Assembly: GCA_964016885.1 (NCBI GenBank)
Contig: OZ024743.1
Span: 175,026,001-175,090,000 of the forward strand
Direction of reading: 5' to 3'
Source: Eledone cirrhosa
Lineage: Eukaryota
DNA: 64,000 bases
Numbering within the stretch: position 1 is the first letter of the stretch; each line of letters starts with the position of its first letter. Made by a program: the position numbers and the translations under genes. Shown here piece by piece: positions 24,628 through 40,315 of this stretch. Under the pieces are notes generated by a model. It made no database searches. It worked only from the letters and a program-made list of their open reading frames with translations, and was not told the DNA's origin.

Positions 24628-25006
24628 ATACCTTCCTGCCAGATTGTTGAACGTATATACTTACCTTATGCATATTAACGGCTGAGTAGCCCAATTTGCA
24701 TATCGAGTGGGTTAATCGGCCGGGTGCACCGAAAACGATAAACGGAAAAAATGAAACGATATTTCATTTCCCACTCTTAGTACGGCTGTTACTTAAATAT
24801 AAGTATGTACACGTACATACATATATGTATACCGACGTACAGTAGTATGTATATATATATATACATACATGCACACATATATATATGCACGTATGGATTC
24901 ACCGAACATTTATTATAATGTTCGGTGTGTTTGTAAACAAACATCCCGTATTAAGCCGTAGTGTCTAGCAACCACCGTTGCTCGTTTGTTCAACACTGAC
25001 AAAGGA

Positions 25007-25049
25007 ATGCTGTACTAGTTTCAAGCTTGTTAGCTATCGTCAGCAACGT
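25007..25049 (-). ncRNA. Minimal type I hammerhead, copy 2
   Basis: As copy 1, with one stem I change (CAGCAT). Confidence 0.85.
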
Positions 25050-25430
25050 ATACCTTCCTCCCAGATTGTTGAACGTATATACTTACCTTATGCATATTAA
25101 CGGCTGAGTAGCCCAATTTGCATATCGAGTGGGTTAATCGGCCGGGTGCACCGAAAACGATAAACGGAAAAAATGAAACGATATTTCATTTCCCACTCTT
25201 AGTACGGCTGTTACTTAAATATAAGTATGTACACGTACATACATATATGTATACCGACGTACAGTAGTATGTATATATATATATATACATACATGCACAC
25301 ATATATATATGCACGTATGGATTCACCGAACATTTATTATAATGTTCGGTGTGTTTGTAAACAAACATCCCGTATTAAGCCGTAGTGTCTAGCAACCACC
25401 GTTGCTCGTTTGTTCAACACTGACAAAGGA

Positions 25431-25473
25431 ACGCTGTACTAGTTTCAAGCTTGTTAGCTATCGTCAGCAACGT
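25431..25473 (-). ncRNA. Minimal type I hammerhead, copy 3
   Basis: Identical to copy 1. Confidence 0.88.
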
Positions 25474-25849
25474 ATACCTTTGTCGGTGTTGAACAAACGA
25501 GCAACGGTGGTTGCTAGACACTACGGCTTAATACGGGATGTTTGTTTACAAACACACCGAGCATTATAATAAATGTTCGGTGAATCCATAGAAAAAAATA
25601 GAAAAAAATAGAAAAAAAATAAGTAAAAACCCCAAGAATAGTAATTCAACAGATATATAGTAGGGAAATTTTTTTAGGTGGGTTGGTAATAGAAGATAAA
25701 CAAGACCGAATCATGGCACAGACTGAGGTGAGTGGTCAAGTTAACATACAAGCCACAGGTGGCCAGAGTGTTTTTGTAGAATGGAAAGAATAAAATATAT
25801 TTACATACTCACAACCTCTTTGTGCTCTATTTGTCTACATTAATAGTAT

Positions 25850-28800
25850 ATTAATAGAGCACAATAGACAATAGAGCACAATGTACTATTAATGTAGACA
25901 ATATACTATTAATGTAGACAATATACTATTAATGTAGACAATATACTATTAATATGGACAATATACTATTAATATAGACAATATACTATTAATGTAGACA
26001 ATATACTATTAATGTAGACAATATGCTATTAGTGTAGAGAACAATGTACTATTAATGTAGACAATATACTACTAATGTAGACAATATACTATTAGTGGAG
26101 ACAATATACTATTAATGTAGAGAATATACTATTAATGTAGAGCACAATGTACTATTAATGTAGACAATATACTATTAATGTAGACAATATACTATTAATG
26201 TAGACAATATACTATTAATGTAGAGCACAATGTACTATTAATGTAGACAATATACTATTAATATAGACAATATACTATTAATGTAGACAATATACTATTA
26301 ATGTAGAGCACAATGTACTATTAATGTAGACAATATACTATTAATTTAGACAATATACTATTATTGTAGAGCACAATGTACTATTAATGTAGACATACTA
26401 TTAATGTAGACAATATACTATTAATGTAGACAATATACTATTAACGTAGACAATATGTTATTAGTGTAGAGCACAATGTACTATTAATGTAGACAATATA
26501 CTATTAATGTAGACAATATACTATTAATGTAGAGCACAATGTTTTATTAATGTAGACAATATACTATTAATGTAGACAATATACTATTAACGTAGACAAT
26601 ATACTATTAATGTAGACAATATACTATTAATGTAGAACACAATGTACTATTAATGTAGACAATATACTATTAATGTAGAGCACAATGAACTATTAATGTA
26701 GACAATATACTATTAATGTAGACAATATACTATTAATGTAGACAATATACTATTAGTGTAGAGCACAATGTACTATTAATGTAGACAATATAATATTAAT
26801 GTAGACAATATACTATTAATGTAGACAATATACTATTAGTGTAGAGCACAATGTACTATTAATGTAGACAATATACTATTAATGTAGACAATAAACTATT
26901 AATGTAGACAATATACTATTAATGTAGAGCACCATGTACTATTAATGTAGACAATATACTATTAATGTAGACAATATACTATTAATGTAGAGCACCATGT
27001 ACTATTAATGTAGACAATATACTATTAATGTAGACAATATACTATTAATGTAGACAATATACTATTAATGTAGAGCACAATGTACTATTAATGTAGACAA
27101 TATACTATTAATGTAGACAATATACTATTAATGTAGACAATATACTATTAATGTAGACAATATACTATTAATGTAGAGCACAATGTACTATTAATGTAGA
27201 CAATATACTATTAATATAGACAATATACTATTAATGTAGACAATATACTATTAATGTAGAGCACAATGTACTATTAATGTAGACAATATACTATTAATTT
27301 AGACAATATACTATTATTGTAGAGCACAATGTACTATTAATGTAGACATACTATTAATGTAGACAATATACTATTAATGTAGAACACAATGTACTATTAA
27401 TGTAGACAATATACTATTAATGTAGAGCACAATGAACTATTAATGTACACAATATACTATTAATGTAGACAATATACTATTAATGTAGACAATATACTAT
27501 TAGTGTAGAGCACAATGTACTATTAATGTAGACAATATACCATTAATGTAGACAATATACTATTAGTGTAGATCACAATGTACTATTAATGTAGACAATA
27601 TAATATTAATGTAGACAATATACTATTAATGTAGACAATGTACTATTAGTGTAGAGCACAATGTACTATTAATGTAGACAATATACTATTAATATGGACA
27701 ATATACTATTAATATAGACAATATACTATTAATGTAGACAATATACTATTAATGTAGACAATATGCTATTAGTGTAGAGAACAATGTACTATTAATGTAG
27801 ACAATATACTACTAATGTAGACAATATACTATTAGTGTAGACAATATACTATTAATGTAGAGAATATACTATTAATGTAGAGCACAATGTACTATTAATG
27901 TAGACAATATACTATTAATGTAGACAATATACTATTAATGTAGACAATATACTATTAATGTAGAGCACAATGTACTATTAATGTAGACAATATACTATTA
28001 ATATAGACAATATACTATTAATGTAGACAATATACTATTAATGTAGAGCACAATGTACTATTAATGTAGACAATATACTATTAATTTAGACAATATACTA
28101 TTATTGTAGAGCACAATGTACTATTAATGTAGACATACTATTAATGTAGACAATATACTATTAATGTAGACAATATACTATTAATGTAGACAATATGTTA
28201 TTAGTGTAGAGCACAATGTACTATTAATGTAGACAATATACTATTAATGTAGACAATATACTATTAATGTAGAGCACAATGTTTTATTAATGTAGACAAT
28301 ATACTATTAATGTAGACAATATACTATTAACGTAGACAATATACTATTAATGTAGACAATATACTATTAATGTAGAACACAATGTACTATTAATGTAGAC
28401 AATATACTATTAATGTAGAGCACAATGAACTATTAATGTAGACAATATACTATTAATGTAGACAATATACTATTAATGTAGACAATATACTATTAGTGTA
28501 GAGCACAATGTACTATTAATGTAGACAATATAATATTAATGTAGACAATATACTATTAATGTAGACAATATACTATTAGTGTAGAGCACAATGTACTATT
28601 AATGTAGACAATATACTATTAATGTAGACAATAAACTATTAATGTAGACAATATACTATTAATGTAGAGCACCATGTACTATTAATGTAGACAATATACT
28701 ATTAATGTAGACAATATACTATTAATGTAGAGCACCATGTACTATTAATGTAGACAATATACTATTAATGTAGACAATATACTATTAATGTAGACAATAT

Positions 28801-31800
28801 ACTTTTAATGTAGAGCACAATGTACTATTAATGTAGACAATATACTATTAATGTAGACAATATACTATTAATGTAGACAATATACTATTAATGTAGAGCA
28901 CAATGTACTATTAATGTAGACAATATACTATTAATATAGACAATATACTATTAATGTAGACAATATACTATTAATGTAGAGCACAATGTACTATTAATGT
29001 AGACAATATACTATTAATTTAGACAATATACTATTATTGTAGAGCACAATGTACTATTAATGTAGACATACTATTAATGTAGACAATATACTATTAATGT
29101 AGACATTATACTATTAACGTAGACAATATGTTATTAGTGTAGAACACAATGTACTATTAATGTAGACAATATACTATTAATGTAGACAATATACTATTAA
29201 TGTAGAGCACAATGTTCTATTAATGTAGACAATATACTATTAATGTAGACAATATACTATTAACGTAGACAATATACTATTAATGTAGACAATATACTAT
29301 TAATGTAGAACACAATGTACTATTAATGTAGACAATATACTATTAATGTAGAGCACAATGAACTATTAATGTACACAATATACTATTAATGTAGACAATA
29401 TACTATTAATGTAGACAATATACTATTAGTGTAGAGCACAATGTACTATTAATGTAGACAATATACCATTAATGTAGACAATATACTATTAGTGTAGATC
29501 ACAATGTACTATTAATGTAGACAATATAATATTAATGTAGACAATATACTATTAATGTAGACAATGTACTATTAGTGTAGAGCACAATGTACTATTAATG
29601 TAGACAATATACTATTAATGTAGACAATAAACTATTAATGTAGACAATATACTATTAATGTAGAGCACCATGTACTATTAATGTAGACAATATACTATTA
29701 ATGTAGACAATATACTATTAATGTAGACAATATACTATTAATGTAGACAATATACTATTAATGTAGACAATATACTATTAATGTAGAGCACAAGGTACTA
29801 TTAATGTAGACAATATACTATTAATGTAGACAATATAATATTAATGTAGACAATATACTATTAATGTAGACAATATACTATTAATGTAGAGCACAATATA
29901 CTATTAATGTAGACAATATACTATTAATGTAGACAATATACTATTAGTGTAGAGCACAATGTACTATTAATGTAGACAATATACTATTAATGTAGACAAT
30001 ATACTATTAATGTAGAACACAATGTACTATTAATGTAGACAATATACTATTAATGTAGAGCACAATGAACTATTAATGTACACAATATACTATTAATGTA
30101 GACAATATACTATTAATGTAGACAATATACTATTAGTGTAGAGCACAATGTACTATTAATGTAGACAATATACCATTAATGTAGACAATATACTATTAGT
30201 GTAGATCACAATGTACTATTAATGTAGACAATATAATATTAATGTAGACAATATACTATTAATGTAGACAATGTACTATTAGTGTAGAGCACAATGTACT
30301 ATTAATGTAGACAATATACTATTAATATGGACAATATACTATTAATATAGACAATATACTATTAATGTAGACAATATACTATTAATGTAGACAATATGCT
30401 ATTAGTGTAGAGAACAATGTACTATTAATGTAGACAATATACTACTAATGTAGACAATATACTATTAGTGTAGACAATATACTATTAATGTAGAGAATAT
30501 ACTATTAATGTAGAGCACAATGTACTATTAATGTAGACAATATACTATTAATGTAGACAATATACTATTAATGTAGACAATATACTATTAATGTAGAGCA
30601 CAATGTACTATTAATGTAGACAATATACTATTAATATAGACAATATACTATTAATGTAGACAATATACTATTAATGTAGAGCACAATGTACTATTAATGT
30701 AGACAATATACTATTAATTTAGACAATATACTATTATTGTAGAGCACAATGTACTATTAATGTAGACATACTATTAATGTAGACAATATACTATTAATGT
30801 AGACAATATACTATTAATGTAGACAATATGTTATTAGTGTAGAGCACAATGTACTATTAATGTAGACAATATACTATTAATATAGACAATATACTATTAA
30901 TGTAGAGCACAATGTTTTATTAATGTAGACAATATACTATTAATGTAGACAATATACTATTAACGTAGACAATATACTATTAATGTAGACAATATACTAT
31001 TAATGTAGAACACAATGTACTATTAATGTAGACAATATACTATTAATGTAGAGCACAATGAACTATTAATGTAGACAATATACTATTAATGTAGACAATA
31101 TACTATTAATGTAGACAATATACTATTAGTGTAGAGCACAATGTACTATTAATGTAGACAATATAATATTAATGTAGACAATATACTATTAATGTAGACA
31201 ATATACTATTAGTGTAGAGCACAATGTACTATTAATGTAGACAATATACTATTAATGTAGACAATAAACTATTAATGTAGACAATATACTATTAATGTAG
31301 AGCACCATGTACTATTAATGTAGACAATATACTATTAATGTAGACAATATACTATTAATGTAGAGCACCATGTACTATTAATGTAGACAATATACTATTA
31401 ATGTAGACAATATACTATTAATGTAGACAATATACTATTAATGTAGAGCACAATGTACTATTAATGTAGACAATATACTATTAATGTAGACAATATACTA
31501 TTAATGTAGACAATATACTATTAATATAGAGCACAATGTACTATTAATGTAGACAATATACTATTAATATAGACAATATACTATTAATGTAGACAATATA
31601 CTATTAATGTAGAGCACAATGTACTATTAATGTAGACAATATACTATTAATTTAGACAATATACTATTATTGTAGAGCACAATGTACTATTAATGTAGAC
31701 ATACTATTAATGTAGACAATATACTATTAATGTAGACATTATACTATTAACGTAGACAATATGTTATTAGTGTAGAACACAATGTACTATTAATGTAGAC

Positions 31801-34800
31801 AATATACTATTAATGTAGACAATATACTATTAATGTAGAGCACAATGTTCTATTAATGTAGACAATATACTATTAATGTAGACAATATACTATTAACGTA
31901 GACAATATACTATTAATGTAGACAATATACTATTAATGTAGAACACAATGTACTATTAATGTAGACAATATACTATTAATGTAGAGCACAATGAACTATT
32001 AATGTACACAATATACTATTAATGTAGACAATATACTATTAATGTAGACAATATACTATTAGTGTAGAGCACAATGTACTATTAATGTAGACAATATACC
32101 ATTAATGTAGACAATATACTATTAGTGTAGATCACAATGTACTATTAATGTAGACAATATAATATTAATGTAGACAATATACTATTAATGTAGACAATGT
32201 ACTATTAGTGTAGAGCACAATGTACTATTAATGTAGACAATATACTATTAATGTAGACAATAAACTATTAATGTAGACAATATACTATTAATGTAGAGCA
32301 CCATGTACTATTAATGTAGACAATATACTATTAATGTAGACAATATACTATTAATGTAGACAATATACTATTAATGTAGACAATATACTATTAATGTAGA
32401 CAATATACTATTAATGTAGAGCACAAGGTACTATTAATGTAGACAATATACTATTAATGTAGACAATATAATATTAATGTAGACAATATACTATTAATGT
32501 AGACAATATACTATTAATGTAGAGCACAATATACTATTAATGTAGACAATATACTATTAATGTAGACAATATACTATTAGTGTAGAGCACAATGTACTAT
32601 TAATGTAGACAATATACTATTAATGTAGACAATATACTATTAATGTAGAGCACAATGTACTATCAATGTAGACAATATACTATTAATGTAGAGCACAATG
32701 TACTATTAATGTAGACAATATACTATTAATGTAGACAATATACTATTAATGTAGACAATATACTATTAATGTAGAGCACAATGTACTATTAATGTAGACA
32801 ATATACTATTAATGTAGACAATATAATATTAATGTAGACAATATACTATTAATGTAGAGCACAATATACTATTAATGTAGACAATATACTATTAATGTAG
32901 ACAATATACTATTAATGTAGACAACATACTATTAGTGTAGAGCACAATGTACTATTAATGTAGACAATATACTATTAATGTAGACAATATACTATTAGTG
33001 TAGAGCATAATGTACTATTAATGTAGACAATATACTATTAATGTAGACAATATACTATTAATGTAGACAATATACTATTAATGTAGACAATATACTATTA
33101 ATGTAGAGCACAATGAACTATTAATGTAGACAATATACTATTAATGTAGACAATATACTATTAATGTAGACAATATACTATTAATGTAGAGCACAATGTA
33201 CTATCAATGTAGACAATATACTATTAATGTAGAGCACAATGTACTATTAATGTAGACAATATACTATTATTTTAGACAATATACTATTAATGTAGACAAT
33301 ATACTATTAGTGTAGAGCGCAATGTACTATTAATGTAGACAATATACTATTAATGTAGACAATATACTATTAATGTAGACAATATACTATTAATGTAGAC
33401 AATATACTATTAATGTAGAGCACAATGTACTATTAATGTAGACAAAATACTATTAATGTAGACAATATACAATTAATGTAGACAATATACTATTAATGTA
33501 GACAATATACTATTAATGTAGACAATATACTATTAATGTAGAGCACAATGTACTATTAATGTAGACAATATACTATTAATGTAGACAATAAACTATTAAT
33601 GTAGACAATATACTCATAATGTAGACAATATACTATTAATGTAGACAATATACTATTAATATAGACAATATACTATTAATGTAGAGCACAATGTACTATT
33701 AATGTAGACAATATACTATTAATGTAGACAATATACTATTAATATAGAGCACAATGTACTATTAATGTAGACAATATACTATTAATATAGACAATATACT
33801 ATTAATATAGACAATTTACTATTAATGTAGACAATATACTATGAATGTAGACAATATACTATTAATGTAGACAATATACTATTAATGTAGACAATATACT
33901 ATTAATGTAGAGCACAATGTACTATTAACGTAGTCAATATACTATTAATGTAGACAATATTCTATTAATATAGACAATATACTATTAATGTAGACAATAT
34001 ACTATTAATGTAGACAATATACTATTAATGTAGACAATATACTATTAATGTAGAGCACAATGTACTATTAATGTAGACAATATACTATGAATGTAGACAA
34101 TATACTATTAATGTAGAGCACAATGTACTATTAATGTAGACAATATATTATTAATGTAGACAATATACTATTAATGTAGACAATATACTATTAATATAGA
34201 CAATATACTATTAATATAGACAATATACTATTAATATAGACAATATACTATTAATGTAGACAATATACTATTAATGTAGACAATATGCTATTAGTGTAGA
34301 GAACAATGTACTATTAATGTAGACAATATACTATTAATGTAGACAATATACTATTAGTGTAGACAATATACTATTAATGTAGAGAATATACTATTAATGT
34401 AGAGCACAATGTACTATTAATGTAGACAATATACTATTAATGTAGACAATATACTATTAATGTAGACAATATACTATTAATGTAGAGCACAATGTACTAT
34501 TAATGTAGACAATATACTATTAATATAGACAATATACTATTAATGTAGACAATATACTATTAATGTAGAGCACAATGTACTATTAATGTAGACAATATAC
34601 TATTAATTTAGACAATATACTATTATTGTAGAGCACAATGTACTATTAATGTAGACATACTATTAATGTAGACAATATACTATTAATGTAGACAATATAC
34701 TATTAATGTAGACAATATGTTATTAGTGTAGAGCATAATGTACTATTAATGTAGACAATATACTATTAATGTAGACAATATACTATTAATGTAGAGCACA

Positions 34801-35999
34801 ATGTTCTATTAATGTAGACAATATACTATTAATGTAGACAATATACTATTAATGTAGACAATATACTATTAACGTAGACAATATACTATTAATGTAGACA
34901 ATATACTATTAATGTAGAACACAATGTACTATTAATATAGACAATATACTATTAATGTAGAGCACAATGAACTATTAATGTAGACAATATACTATTAATG
35001 TAGACAATATACTATTAATGTAGACAATATACTATTAGTGTAGAGCACAATATACTATTAATGTAGACACTATACTATTAATGTAGAGCACAATGTACTA
35101 TTAATGTAGACAATATACTATTAATGTAGACAATATACTATTAATGTAGACAATATACTATTAGTGTAGACAATATACTATTAATGTAGACAATATACTA
35201 TTAATGTAGAGCACAATGTACTATTAATGTAGACAATATACTATTAATTTAGACAATATACTATTATTGTAGAGCACAATGTACTATTAATGTAGACATA
35301 CTATTAATGTAGACAATATACTATTAATGTAGACAATATACTATTAATGTAGACAATATGTTATTAGTGTAGAGCATAATGTACTATTAACGTAGACAAT
35401 ATACTCTTAATGTAGACAATATACTATTAATGTAGAGCACAATGTTCTATCAATGTAGACAATATACTATTAATGTAGACAATATACTATTAATGTAGAC
35501 AATATACTATTAACGTAGACAATATACTATTAATGTAGACAATATACTATTAATGTAGAACACAATGCACTATTAATGTAGACAATATACTATTAATGTA
35601 GAGCACAATGAACTATTAATGTAGACAATATACTATTAATGTAGACAATATACTATTAATGTAGACAATATACTATTAGTGTAGAGCACAATATACTATT
35701 AATGTAGGCACTATACTATTAATGTAGAGCACAATGTACTATTAATGTAGACAATATACTATTAATGTAGACAATATACTATTAGAGTAGACAATATACT
35801 ATTAATGTAGACAATATACTATTAATGTAGAGCACAATGTACTATTAATGTAGACAATATACTATTAATGTAGACAATATACTATTAATTTAGACAATAT
35901 ACTATTAATGTAGACAATATACTATTAGTGTAGAGCACAATGTACTATTAATGTAGACAATGTACTATTAATGTAGACAATATACTATTAATGTAGACC
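25850..35999. repeat. Satellite array, left block: 20-mer ACTATTAATGTAGACAATAT mixed with 23-mer ACTATTAATGTAGAGCACAATGT
   Basis: About 10 kb of tandem units. Confidence 0.98.
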
Positions 36000-36297
36000 T
36001 GTAGCAGTAAATAAATATATACTTATTTGTAATTAAATGTATTTTCTTTCTGTGGAAGAATTATGCTACGGAGGTACATTGGCTGAAGTGTGAGCCAATC
36101 AAAACCTTCGGCGGAGCGATACGAGTTACTGGACTACTTAGTCCAGATAACGTAAGTGAACTCAGAGAGAATTGAGTCTCCGGAAATACTTGCTCGCGTC
36201 AACACGTCAATTCCATGCTTATACCACGAATAAATGGAATTACATATTTATAATGGATATCTACTAACACTTGCAGCGACATATAATCTTCATTATA
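36000..36297 (+). repeat. 5' LTR
   Basis: TGTAG...TTATA; 36111-36297 matches 40316-40567 apart from two deletions. Confidence 0.88.
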
Positions 36298-36299
36298 AA

Positions 36300-36318
36300 T
36301 GGTGACCTGCCGACTTGA
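36300..36318 (+). promoter_or_regulatory. Primer-binding site, tRNA-Trp-like
   Basis: TGGTGACCTGCCGACTTGA 2 nt after the LTR; resembles TGGTGACCCCGACGTGA. Confidence 0.65.
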
Positions 36319-37060
36319 ACGAACATGCAACAAATCATATTTGCAAACCGACAAGAAACAAACAAGCAGTTTCTGATATCACATCTACAGAGCTTTTCTT
36401 AAACTTCACTTCAAATTGTTTTGTCATCTTCAACAATAACAACAGATCACTTCTAGCTTCCTAGCTAGTAATGATAGCATTTTTGTACAACAGATATAAA
36501 AGAAAGAACACTGTCACAAAGAAGAGAAAAACTGAACGTTTTGTTGTTTAGAACAATTATTTCATTATTATCATTATATTTTTAAGGTTGTATATGAACA
36601 TTGATCTTTTCTGTATTATTTGCCTGCATGCACAAACACATCTTGCATCGACATGTATTACATCGAAATGCATTATTAACAAAAAAAAAAAAAAAAAAAA
36701 ATTATCAGTAAATTATTCCATGTAAATATTTTTTTTTTCACTGTCTCAAAATTTGAATTTTGCACATAAATCCTCCTGGATTCTGATTGGGTGACGCAAT
36801 CTTAAAAAATTTGCCTGTATTCCGGAGCGTTACGAATGGCCATTATACGTCTTCTGCTTTTGTTTGCCAGCCAATTTGATTTAAAGGCAACGCCATTTTA
36901 AAAAATATAAGAAAACATTTTTTTTTTATTCTTAACATTTTCCTCTCTGACAACGAAAGAGAATATCATTATTTTTATTTTTTGTTTTTTTCCATTGGAT
37001 TCCTTTTGGCCTGCATTTTCCTGTTATTTTCTATTGCTTACGGGTATACCATAATTCACG

Positions 37061-37853
37061 ATGGGTAGCACCACATTGCCAGCATTTGCCGGCGATGTCC
37101 GTGTTTGGTTCGCTCAGATGGAATCGCATTTTACTGCGAACATAACGTCTGAAGTCAGACAGTTACACATTCTCTTGAGTGCTTTTCTGGCGTCATTGAC
37201 AACTGTTGTTAAGGATTTGATAACTGATCCGGCCCCTGGAGCCACCTATGAGAGCGTAAAACGCGAGGTTTTGCGGCTGACCACGCTGTCCGCTGAGAAA
37301 AAAATTCCAGACCCTCGTCAATAACGAACATTTGGGTAATAGGATACCCAGCCAGCTTCTGCGTCGGATGAGAGAGCTGGTGGAGGATGCCCCAGCTGAC
37401 AGCGCCCGCCTTCGACAGCTTTTCCTTTCAAGGCTGCCGCCCAGTGTTCAGGCGATTTTAACGCCTAAGATGGAAGCTACCTCAGTCGACCAGCTCGCGT
37501 CTTCGGCCGACAAAATTATGAGTTACACCGGAAAGCCTGCCTCCTTTGCTACACCTCAGCCGCCGGCTGCGGACTCTTCGTTCTCTCCAACGGCTGCCGT
37601 CCACACCGATCAGTCGCTTGCGTCTGTGGCAATACTTCAAGCCATAGAGAAACTCAAAGAGGTGAGAAAATTGCGTACCTCTAGGGCTCAATCGCCCAGA
37701 CGTCGCTTCCAGAGCCGTTCGCCCTCGCCACGCCGCCGCCACACAAGCAAGCCAGGACTGTGCTACTACCACAGCCGTTTTGGCGCGGCGGCACGCTCTT
37801 GTAAACAGCCCTGTTCGTTTTCCATCCAGGGAAACGGATTTCAGGAGACCTGA
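37061..37853 (+). pseudogene. Gypsy gag, frameshifted at the A-run ~37300
   Basis: LPAF..DVRVWFAQMESHF, PSQLLRRMREL, QLFLSRLP, CYYHSRFGAAARSCKQPC. Confidence 0.88.
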
Positions 37854-37879
37854 GCACGGCACAGTCTCCTCTGACGATC

Positions 37880-40315
37880 CCAAATAATTGTGCATTCTTC
37901 ATAACAGATACGGATTCCCAAGCACGTTGTTTGGTTGACACAGGCGCCGCTTGCAGCATATGGCCGTTAAAACTTCTCAGAGAAGCCACCACTTTCACCC
38001 ATATCTCTGCAAGCTGTAAATCATTCACTGATCCCCAGGTATGGTTAAATTTCTCGTTCTTTGAACCTGGGATTGCGCAGAGACTTCACGTGGATATTCA
38101 CTGTCGCCGATCTGCCTTACCCTATTCTAGGCTCGGATTTCCTGCACCACTATAACCTTTTAGTGGATATGCGCAGACACCGGTTGTTGGATGCGAACAT
38201 GGAACTGTCCGTCCCGGGTATGAGATCGACTATCAGCCCGGTTTTCTTTATCGTCGCTTCAGAAGATCCTTTTCAGGCGCTGTTACATTCCTTCCCAGAA
38301 TTGACCAATTTAAATTTTGTGATGGGTAAGCCTACTGTCAACAAAACACTACATTGAGACATCTGGTGCTCCTGTGTTTTCACGCCCTACCCGCCTCCCT
38401 GCGGAGAAATTGAAAGTGGCGAAGGCTGAATTCAACCACATGCTGCAGCTTGGGATCATACGCCCATCCTCAAGTCTGTGGGCCACTCCTTTACATTTGG
38501 TTCCGAAGCGTTCCGGTGATTGGCGTCCCACTGGGGACTTTCGCCGGTTAAACGCAATGACGGTACCCGATCGCTACCCGATCCCACACATACAGGATTT
38601 CGCGTCTTCGCTTCACGGAAGTAAGACATTCTCCAAATTGGATTTGGTCAAGGCTTACCACCAGATTCCAATGAACCCGGCAGATATACCTAAAACTGCT
38701 GTAACAACTCCTTTCGGAGCGTTCGAATTTCTGACTATGACTTTCGGTTTGCGAAACGCAGCCAGTACTTTCCAACGTTTCATGGATGACGTTGTGCACG
38801 ATTTGGACTTCGTGTATAACTACATTGATGACATTCTCGTGGCAAGTGCCTCACCCGAGGAACATGTCACTCACCTCCGTCTACTGTTTTTAGCTGTTTC
38901 AGCAGTATCAGGTGCGAATCAACCCGGCGAAATGTGTTTTCGGTGCGTCTTCACTTGTCTTCTTGGGCCACGTTCTCAGCCCTGAGGGAATCTCACCACT
39001 GCCTGACAAAGCGAAAGCTCTGCAAGACCTTCACCCACCCACTTCACGTCGACAGCTACGACATTTCCTTGGTCTACTGAACTACTACAGACGTTTTATC
39101 CCACACTGTGCGGATCTCCTGTCTCCCCTGTCCGACCTGTTACGTAACAGGAAAAAGAAAAATGAATCAATCACACTGGACACGAGTCAGCTAAAAGCCT
39201 TCAACGAAGTGAAGCAGAAACTTGCGGAGACATCGTTACTTGCACATCCTGTGTCTGGTGCCCAGTTTTCACTGGTCGTTGATGCATCGGGCACAGCTGT
39301 AGGTGCAGTGTTGCAACAGCATCACCAACAACAACTACAACCTCTCGCGTACTTCTCGAGACAACTGAAACCTGCAGAAACAAGATATAGCACATTCAGC
39401 CGTGAACTCCTGGCTATGTACCTCTCAGTGAAACACTTTCGGCATGCAGTGGAGGGTCGACAATTTGCGATCTAAACGGATCATCGTCCGCTTATGTTCG
39501 CACTGCGTTCTAAGCCGGATAAATATTCACCTCGCGAAACTCGTCACTTGGATTTCGTTTCGCAATTTACCAGTGATATCCGACACATCTCCGGTGAACA
39601 GAAAGCGGCGGCAGATGCCTTGTCTCGCCTCCCAATCAATTCCCTGTCATCACCTCCGGATATTGACCTTCAACGGATGGCCACAGAACAGCCACCTCTG
39701 GATACCTTGTATCTCTCGTCGCCTGAATTTGCAACTGGCAAATTTTCATATCTACCTGTGCCCACTTCGGACACAGATTATTTGCGACACCTCGACAGAT
39801 TCACCTCGTCCCCTAGTTCCAGTGACTCATCGTCGAGCTGTTTTCGATACCTTGCACGGTCTGGCACACCCCGGAATCTCGACCACAGTGAAGTTCATTT
39901 CGGCTAGATTCCTCTGGCCGAATGAGACGTAACATCACTGCCTGGATACGTTCCTGCTTATCCTGCCAGAAGTTAAAGGTGCACAAACACATCCGCGCAC
40001 CTCTCGGAACTTTCAGCACTCCAGACGCTCGGTTCAGTCATGTCCATATAGATCTCGTTGGACCATGGCCGGTCAGCCAAGGATTTACATATCTCCTGAC
40101 CTGTATAGATCGCTTCACACGTTGGCCTGAGGCCATTCCTTTAAGCGACATTTCGGCGGAATCTGTATCGCGAGCCCTAGTATCGGGTTGGATATCGCGT
40201 TACGGAGTTCCAACTACTGTCACCACCGACCGTTTCGAATCCCATCTCTTCCGAGAACTTTCAAGGATCCTAGGAATTAAGCGCATCCGAACGACTAGCT
40301 ATCATCCAGCCTCGA
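37880..40315 (+). pseudogene. Gypsy pol (protease, RT, RNase H, truncated integrase) with several frameshifts
   Basis: [84 protein letters not shown]. Confidence 0.93.

Larger units (their letters stand above)
24459..25590 (-). mobile_element. Retrozyme-like tandem array: ~2.4 copies of a 422-424-bp non-coding unit plus an inverted ~110-bp end
   Basis: HHRs start at 24585, 25007 and 25431 (spacing 422, 424); 25479-25590 is the reverse complement of ~24470-24582. Confidence 0.85.
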
